A DNA stretch of 15,789 bases from Tubiluchus corallicola (lineage: Eukaryota > Animalia > Priapulida). The DNA lies in NCBI GenBank assembly GCA_030141605.1, contig JAQGDQ010002076.1, positions 1 to 15,789 of the forward strand, given 5' to 3'. The notes beneath the pieces were generated by a model, which searched no databases, was not told the origin of the DNA, and saw only the letters and a list, made by a program, of their open reading frames with translations. The position numbers and the translations under genes were made by a program. This document shows positions 8,359-15,789 of this stretch, piece after piece (positions within the stretch are counted from its first letter, which is position 1; every line of letters starts with the position of its first letter).

Positions 8359-10408
8359 GGTTTGATGTTGTTATGTGCTCGGCTGATGTTGTTACGTGCT
8401 CGGTTGATGTTTTACATGCTCTGTTTGATGTTGTTACGTGCTCGGTTTGATGTTTTACATGATCTGTTTGATGTTGTTACGTGCTCGGTTTGATGTTTTA
8501 CATGCTCTGTTTGATGTTGTTACGTGCTCGGTTTGATGTTTTACATGCTCTGTTTGATGTTGTTACGTGCTCGGCTGATGTTGTTACGTGCTCGGTTGAT
8601 GTTGTTACGTGCTCGGTTGATGTTGCTACGTGCTCAGTTTGATGTTGTTACGTGCTCGGTTGATGTTACGTGCTCGGTTGATGTTGTTACGTGCTCGGTT
8701 TGATGTTTTACATGCTCGGTTTGATGTTGTTACGTGCTCAGTTTGATGTTGTTACGTGCTTGGTTTGATGTTGTTACGTGCTCAAGCATATGTTGTTACG
8801 TGCTCGGTTTGATGTTGTTACATGCTCAGTTTGATGTTGTTACACACTCAGTTTGATGTTGTTACATGCTCAGTTTGATGTTGTTACATGCTCAGTTTGA
8901 TGTTGTTACATGCTCGGTTTGATGTTGTTACATGCTCAGTTTGATGTTGTTACATGCTCAGTTTGATGTTGTTACATGCTCAGTTTGATGTTGTTACATG
9001 CTCAGTTTGATGTTGTTACATGCTCAGTTTGATGTTGTTACATGCTCAGTTTGATGTTGTTACATGTTCAATTTGATGTTGTTACGTGCTCGGTTTGATG
9101 TTGTTACGTGCTCAGTTTGATGTTTTACATGCTCGGTTTGATGTTGTTACGTGCTCGGCTGATGTTGTTACGTGCTCGGTTGAAGTTGCTACGTGCTCAG
9201 TTTGATGTTGTTACGTGGGTTTGATGTTGTTACATGCTCAGTTTGATGTTGTTACGTGCTCAAACATATGTTGTTACATGCTCGGTTTGATGTTGTTACA
9301 TGCTCAGTTTGATGTTGTTACATGCTCAGTTTGATGTTGTTACATGCTCAGTTTGATGTTGTTACATGCTCAGTTTGATGTTGTTACATGCTCAGTTTGA
9401 TATTGTTACATGCTCAGTTTGATGTTGTTACATGCTCGGTTTGATGTTGTTACGTGCTCGGCTGATGTTGTTACGTGCTCGGTTGAAGTTGCTACGTGCT
9501 CAGTTTGATGTTGTTACGTGGGTTTGATGTTGTTACATGCTCAGTTTGATGTTGTTACGTGCTCAAACATATGTTGTTACATGCTCGGTTTGATGTTGTT
9601 ACATGCTCAGTTTGATGTTGTTACATGCTCAGTTTGATGTTGTTACATGCTCAGTTTGATGTTGTTACATGCTCAGTTTGATGTTGTTACATGCTCAGTT
9701 TGATATTGTTACATGCTCAGTTTGATGTTGTTACATGTTCAACTTGATGTTGTTACGTGCTCGGTTTGATGTTGTTACGTGCTCGGTTTGATGTTGTTAC
9801 GTGCTCGGCTGATGTTGTTACGTGCTCGGTTGAAGTTGCTACGTGCTCAGTTTGATGTTGTTACGTGGGTTTGATGTTGTTACATGCTCAGTTTGATGTT
9901 GTTACGTGCTCAAACATATGTTGTTACGTGCTCAAACATATGTTGTTACGTGCTCGGTTTGATGTTGTTACATGCTCAGTTTGATGTTGTTACACACTCA
10001 GTTTGATGTTGTTACATGCTCAGTTTGATGTTGTTACATGCTCAGTTTGATGTTGTTACATGCTCAGTTTGATGTTGTTACATGCTCAGTTTGATGTTGT
10101 TACATGCTCAGTTTGATGTTGTTACATGCTCAGTTTGATGTTGTTACATGTTCAATTTGATGTTGTTACATGCTCAGTTTGATGTTGTTACATGCTCAGT
10201 TTGATGTTGTTACATGCTCAGTTTGATGTTGTTACATGCTCAGTTTGATGTTGTTACATGTTGAATTTGATGTTGTTACATGCTCAGCTTGATGTTGTTA
10301 CATGCTCAGCTTGATGTTGTTACATGCTCAGTTTGATGTTGTTACATGCTCAGTTTGATGTTGTTACATGCTCAGTTTGATGTTGTTTCATGCTCAGTTT
10401 GATGTTGT
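8359..10408 (+). repeat. 22-bp minisatellite (GTTTGATGTTGTTACRTGCTCR), ~2.05 kb, roughly 90-95 units
   Basis: Continuous tandem units seen directly; fills most of the intron between exons F and G. Confidence 0.98.
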
Positions 10409-10515
10409 ACACGCCCAGTGTTTTGCGTTTTAGGTCTCGTTATGTCACTCGTCACGACACATTGTTTTTCTCTGTCCCTTTATCAGTTTTTGTATTTGAT
10501 GATTTTGCTTTACAG

Positions 10516-10696
10516 GGAAAGATCCCACAGTTCCCGTTTGCAGCAAGAGCTCGACTGCTACAAACAAAATCAGGACGATTTTGCCGACCGACAAGAAGCC
10601 ATGCGCCGCAAGGAGAAGGAACTGCTCGAATTCACCGAGAAGGTGACGGCAAAAAATGCGCAGCTGCAGTCCGAGAGATCGGCTTTGGATGCCAAG
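10516..10696 (+). CDS. CCDC186: CCDC186-like internal exon G ([60 protein letters not shown]), phase 2/0
   Basis: Acceptor ttgctttacag|G and donor AAG|gtaacg; 181 nt. [23 protein letters not shown] closely resembles the recalled CCDC186 motif [24 protein letters not shown]. Confidence 0.94.
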
Positions 10697-10969
10697 GTAA
10701 CGGCAGCAGCAGTTGGGCGATCCATGTGGATCTATAAGTTTTGTTCTGAATGTTATGGACCTAATTTGGCCAAATTTGTAGCCTAAATTTAATATGAACT
10801 GTAATCTTCTTGTTCAGTAAGAAACGTTAAACTCAATAATAATGCACCGGCTGTAGGTATAGCAGTCAAGTACTTACCCACATTGTTGTTCTTGTTCTTG
10901 TTGCACACACTTCGTAAAGAGTGCCAAGGTTTTGTAATGAACTGTCGGATACACAGGGGACTACTAGTG

Positions 10970-13402
10970 CACTTGTAGTGAAGAGTTTCCCGTTTTAGGA
11001 GGTACCCTAAAAATTTCAAAGTGCTTTCCGCCACTTGTAGTGGAAAGTTTCTCTGGACTTTCTCGCTTTAGGAGGTGCCCCTAAAAGCTGCAAAGTGCTT
11101 TCTGCCACTTGTAGTGGAGAGTTTCTCTCAACTTTCCCGTTTTAGGAGGTGCCCCTAAAAATTTCAAAGTGCTTTCCACCACTTGTAGTGGAGAGGTTCT
11201 CTCAACTTTCCCGTTTTAGGAGGTGCCCCTAAAAATTTCAAAGTGCTTTCCACCACTTGTAGTGGAAAGTTTCTCTCAACTTTCCTGTTTTAGGAGGTGC
11301 CCCTAAAAATTTCAAAGTGCTTTACGCCACTTGTAGTGGAGAGTTTCTCTCAACTTTCCCGTTTTAGGAGGTGCCCCTAAAAATTTCAAAGTGCTTTACT
11401 CCACTTGTAGTGGAAAGTTTCCCTCAACTTTCCCGTTTTAGGAGGTGCCCCTAAAAATTTCAAAGTGCTTTCCGCCACTTGTAGTGGAAACTTTCTCTGG
11501 ACTTTCTCGTTTTAGGAGGTACCCTAAAAATTTCAAAGTGCTTTCCGCCACTTGTAGTGGAAAGTTTCTCTGGACTTTCCCATTTTGGGAGGTGCCTCTA
11601 AAAATTTCAAAGTGCTTTCCGCCACTTGTAGTGGAAAGTTTCTCTCAACTTTCCGATTTTGGGAGGTGCCCCTAAAAATTTCAAAGTGCTTTCCTCCACT
11701 TGTATTGGAGAGTTTCTCTCAACCTTCACGTTTTAGGAGGTGCCCTAAAAATTTCAAAGTGCTTTCCTCCACTTGTAGTGGAAAGTTTCTCTCAACTTTC
11801 CTGTTTTAGGAGGTGCCCCTAAAAATTTCAAAGTGCTTTCCGCCACTTGTAGTGGAGAGGTTCTCTCAACTTTCCCGTTTTAGGAGGTGCCCCTAAAAAT
11901 TTCAAAGTGCTTTCCTCCACTTGTAGTGGAAAGTTTCTCTCAACTTTCCCGTTTTAGGAGGTGCCCCTAAAAATTTCAAAGTGCTTTCCGCCACTTGTAG
12001 TGGAAACTTTCTCTGGACTTTCTCGTTTTAGGAGGTACCCTAAAAATTTCAAAGTGCTTTCCGCCACTTGTAGTGGAAAGTTTCTCTGGACTTTCCCATT
12101 TTGGGAGGTGCCTCTAAAAATTTCAAAGTGCTTTCCTCCACTTGTAGTGGAAAGTTTCTCTCAACTTTCCCATTTTAGGAGGTGCCCCTAAAAATTTCAA
12201 AGTGCTTTCCTCCACTTGTAGTGGAAAGTTTCTCTCAACTTTCCCATTTTAGGAGGTGCCCCTAAAAATTTCAAAGTGCTTTCCTCCACTTGTAGTGGAA
12301 AGTTTCTCTCAACTTTCCCATTTTAGGAGGCGCCCCTAAAAATTTCAAAGTGCTTTCCTCCACTTGTAGTGGAAAGTTTCTCTCAACTTTCTCATTTTAG
12401 GAGGCGCCCCTAAAAATTTCAAAGTGCTTTCCGCCACTTGTAGTGGAAAGTTTCCCTGGACTTTCCGATTTTGGGAGGTGCCTCTAAAAATTTCAAAGTG
12501 CTTTCCTCCACTTGTAGTGGAAAGTTTCTCTCAACTTTCCCATTTTAGGAGGTGCCTCTAAAAATTTCAAAGTGCTTTCCTCCACTTGTATTGGAGAGTT
12601 TCTCTCAACCTTCACGTTTTAGGAGGTGCCCTAAAAATTTCAAAGTGCTTTCCTCCACTTGTAGTGGAAAGTTTCTCTCAACTTTCCCATTTTAGGAGGC
12701 GCCCCTAAAAATTTCAAAGTGCTTTCCGCCACTTGTAGTGGAAAGTTTCCCTGGACTTTCCGATTTTAGGAGGTGCCTCTAAAAATTTCAAAGTGCTTTC
12801 CTCCACTTGTAGTGGAAAGTTTCTCTCAACTTTCCCATTTTAGGAGGTGCCCCTAAAAATTTCAAAGTGCTTTCCTCCACTTGTAGTGGAAAGTTTCTCT
12901 CAACTTTCCCATTTTAGGAGGTGCCTCTAAAAATTTCAAAGTGCTTTCCTCCACTTGTAGTGGAAAGTTTCTCTCAACTTTCCCATTTTAGGAGGTGCCT
13001 CTAAAAATTTCAAAGTGCTTTCCTCCACTTGTAGTGGAAAGTTTCTCTCAACTTTCCCGTTTTAGGAGGTGCCTCTAAAAATTTCAAAGTGCTTTCCGCC
13101 ACTTGTAGTGGAAAGTTTCTCTCAACTTTCCCGTTTTAGGAGGTGCCCCTAAAAATTTCAAAGTGCTTTCTGCCACTTGTAGTGGAAACTTTCTCTGGAC
13201 TTTCTCGTTTTAGGAGGTGCCCCTAAAAGCTGCAAAGTGCTTTCCGCCACTTGTATTGGAGAGTTTCTCTCAACTTTCCCATTTTAGGAGGTGCCCCTAA
13301 AAATTTCAAAGTGCTTTCCTCCACTTGTAGTGGAGAGTTTCTCTCAACTTTCCCATTTTAGGAGGTGCCCCTAAAAATTTCAAAGTGCTTTCCGCCACTT
13401 GT
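10970..13402 (+). repeat. 74-bp satellite, ~33 copies (CCACTTGTAGTGGAAAGTTTCTCTCAACTTTCCCGTTTTAGGAGGTGCCCCTAAAAATTTCAAAGTGCTTTCCG)
   Basis: CCACTTGT recurs at 11031, 11105, 11179, 11253, 11327, 11401, 11475 and so on to 13395, with a period of 73-74 bp. Confidence 0.98.
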
Positions 13403-13552
13403 TCGTGAAATTGAAAGTGACCTTCGACCTTTACGTCTGCGTATGCACGCCAAGTGCTTAACAGGTTCCAAATGTTGATTTTCTGCATGAAGTGTTTGCG
13501 GAGGTAACAGCCGGTGCTGGTTGGCACCTCGCATCACAATTTTATTGTTGTA

Positions 13553-13853
13553 TAGATTGATGGCAACTTACGACTGCCATTGGTTCCGGTGAATTGGTCG
13601 TGAGATGACTTGGTCGTAAGTCGGATTCGAATATTCAAGTGGTGCATATAAGAAGGTTTATGTGTGCTGCACACTAAGTATGGCGGAGCCTATAAATAAA
13701 TGTGTCGCACCGAATGGCGATTTAAAATTTATTTGTTTAAAAAGAGCATAAAATGAGTTATTATTAGTTTCTTACAAGTGATTACTTAAGTTGTGATCGG
13801 GTCGTAAAGTCAAACATTCGTAAGTAGCATGTCGTAAGTCGACGACTAACCCG
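13553..13853. mobile_element. pogo/Tigger-like MITE (~300 bp), decayed
   Basis: TA on both sides. Left end ...caACTTACGAC; right end GTCGTAAGTcgacgactaacccg-TA is its inverted counterpart. Internal repeats of GTCGTAAG. Confidence 0.6.
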
Positions 13854-14004
13854 TATTTTATAAATTCACAAGTGTGAGCTACTCTTTATGTGTTGCTAAA
13901 AGGTGCCCAAAACGAAAATGTCGATAATTTCAGGAAATGACGTTAATGAAATTCGGAGCTGCCTTTTTTGTTGCTAATTGCAGAGGAAGTCTTTTTTTGT
14001 AGTA

Positions 14005-14667
14005 CAGTAGTCGCCGCTTAATAGACTCACGGTTAATAGACTCAATCGCTTAACTGACTCAAAAACGCCTGGAACGGACCACTTCTATTCAAATATACAT
14101 AAGAACTATCGGTAATTGACGCAAATAACTTCGCTTAATTGACTCAATATTTTTCCTTCTACTTAAAATAAGATATTTGTATGTGCCCAAGCAGCCTTTC
14201 CTACTTTTATGTCATCTTTACTTCCCTTTTGTGCAATATGTATGCAGAAACAATCATGTTAAGTACCATTTTGCTTGCAAGCAGGTACGTTTATCATGCG
14301 CTAATACGCTAGTGTAGCGGTTTTGCTTTTGAATCTGTTACCCGCTCTTACCTTACTCAAAGAATTTCTGGAAGCTAAACATTTAATCACTTGCCTAGCA
14401 GTTTCCTTTTGATGCTCTAGTTGCGAATCACCCTTTCAGACTTAATGAGTTAATAGTCAAAGATGCAGGTACAGTAATCACCCGGTATTCCTTGTGACTT
14501 ACAAGAGTAAACATCATACAGCAAATAAGGGCATTGTAAGTAAGCAGATGATTCAGAACTGTTTTAGTCACACACAATAACTGATTTTCAACGTTTTTAT
14601 AATTACGAGAACTTTGTGGGCCCGCTTCACTGGTTCCCAAAGTGAGTCTATCGAGCGGCACTTACTG
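14005..14667. mobile_element. pogo/Tigger-like (Tc1-mariner superfamily) MITE, 663 bp
   Basis: Left TA-CAGTAGTCGCCGCTTAATAGACTCAC; right end reverse-complements to CAGTAAGTGCCGCTCGATAGACTCAC and is followed by CA (decayed TA). Subterminal TTAAT(A/T)GACTCA motif repeated about five times. Confidence 0.8.
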
Positions 14668-14794
14668 CATTAGATATTATGTTAATTTTCATTCACCTTG
14701 GTATCTGTTTTTGTTTCATCATCTGTGTTTTACTGTTTTTCTGCGTCTAACTTTCATTTTCTGTGTCTAACTTTTTTTACAATTTCTTTCGTAG

Positions 14795-14869
14795 ATTGCA
14801 GCACTGTCAGTTGATGTAGATAATTTGACGAAGCAGTGCAAAGAATTGTCGGAAAACAAGCAAAAGCTG
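14795..14869 (+). CDS. CCDC186: CCDC186-like internal exon H (IAALSVDVDNLTKQCKELSENKQKL), phase 0/0
   Basis: CTAAC branch motif, long pyrimidine tract, acceptor tttcgtag|ATT and donor CTG|gtaaga; 75 nt with heptad character. QC motif as in recalled QLQSQCEQMK. Confidence 0.82.
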
Positions 14870-15065
14870 GTAAGAATCGGCTCCACTTTTTTCTCCTTTT
14901 GATCATCACGTTGACGGATTATTTATGGTGCGTATTAAGTTTGAAAATTCGAGCGTACGGGCAACAATTAGACTGTTGGGTTTGGAATTGTTTAAACTTA
15001 TATAATCTGTTGTCAACTTTTAGTAGGATGTTCTTTAATTCATTTAGTGTCCACTATTGAAAATG

Positions 15066-15540
15066 CAGTGGAACTTTGACTTACGAAAACCCCATATACG
15101 AATCGGGCTTCGAAGAAATTTCCGTCCCATTTAACGAAAAAATATTCAAGATACGAAAACAAAAATCAGAAGTGCTGCCCAACAGGGGTCTTCCCAGAAT
15201 GCATTTTGTAGCATCACGTGAATGCTTTGTTGTGCGCAACACGTGAACGCTTCGAAAGGTAAAGTGTCATTATTCGTAACAACATTTATTATTATTTTTC
15301 ATTGATTTGAATATTTTCTCATTGTTTTTAACATTTATGTAAATGATTATGTTGTCATTAACGAACATATTTCTGTCGGGTGGGTACAATATTTACGCTT
15401 TATACGACTGTTCTCGGGTGGGGGGGGGGGCTGGAACAAATTACGCCATTTATAGGGTAAATCTTGTCTCATAATACGAAAATTCTAGGATACGAACGCC
15501 CCTCCGGAACGAATTAACTTCGTATCTCGAGCTATCACTG
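15066..15540. mobile_element. pogo/Tigger-like MITE, 475 bp
   Basis: Left TG-CAGTGGAACTTTGACTTACGAA; right TTCGTATCTCGAGCTATCACTG-TA (reverse complement CAGTGATAGCTCGAGATACGAA). Internal TACGAA repeats. Confidence 0.7.
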
Positions 15541-15789
15541 TATCAAGAAAACATAATCTATAATTGTTTTATTTAGATTTTGGTATCCAACTTTATTACT
15601 ATTTTTTTTGTTTTCAGTTCTTTTTGGATAATTTGTATCATTTATACTGTTTTTATTTGTATTTTTTTTCTTATTTGTTTTTGTTTTTGTTATCTGCAGC
15701 ATCACCGTTCATTTTTAATGTGACTAATCTATTTATAAGAAAGGGCAGAAGACTAGATGACCCTATGGTCCTTCCCTGCCCTGCTCCAT

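Noticed and set aside
11561-11582. NF-kB-like sites (GGAAAGTTTC, GGACTTTCCC) in the satellite
   Set aside because: Imperfect matches to GGGRNNYYCC, explained by the palindromic unit; no independent support.
10970-13402. CRISPR-like array of palindromic repeats
   Set aside because: Units are head-to-tail with no unique spacers, there are no cas genes, and the array lies in a spliceosomal intron.
11445-13527. Short ORFs MPLKISKCFPP... and MPTSTGC...
   Set aside because: Wholly or partly derived from the 74-bp satellite, with no recognisable protein.
15690-15723. Next coding exon after tatctgcag at 15699
   Set aside because: The required phase-0 frame reads HHRSFLM then TGA, with no CCDC186 similarity.

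Overview
AT-rich animal (invertebrate-type) genomic DNA, not prokaryotic. The + strand carries eight internal GT-AG exons (556-729, 2421-2579, 3963-4067, 5051-5155, 6913-6999, 8050-8192, 10516-10696, 14795-14869). They splice into one open 1029-nt (343-codon) frame encoding a long coiled-coil protein that I recognise from memory as CCDC186 (C10orf118/CCCP-1 family); start and stop codons lie outside the window. The introns hold four different tandem-repeat arrays (81, 23/19, 22 and 74 bp units), a tRNA-headed SINE, TTAA-flanked Kolobok/T2-type MITEs and three TA-flanked pogo/Tigger-like MITEs. The most unusual part is the first intron. An 81-bp (27-codon) repeat has copied the 5' splice site seven times, and a ~0.5-kb tandem duplication has copied the next 3' splice site plus 29 codons followed by an in-frame TAA. 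That upstream copy differs at the putative branch point and pyrimidine tract. Most ORFs in the supplied track are repeat-derived or intron read-through artefacts. All coordinates were counted by eye and no database searches were run.
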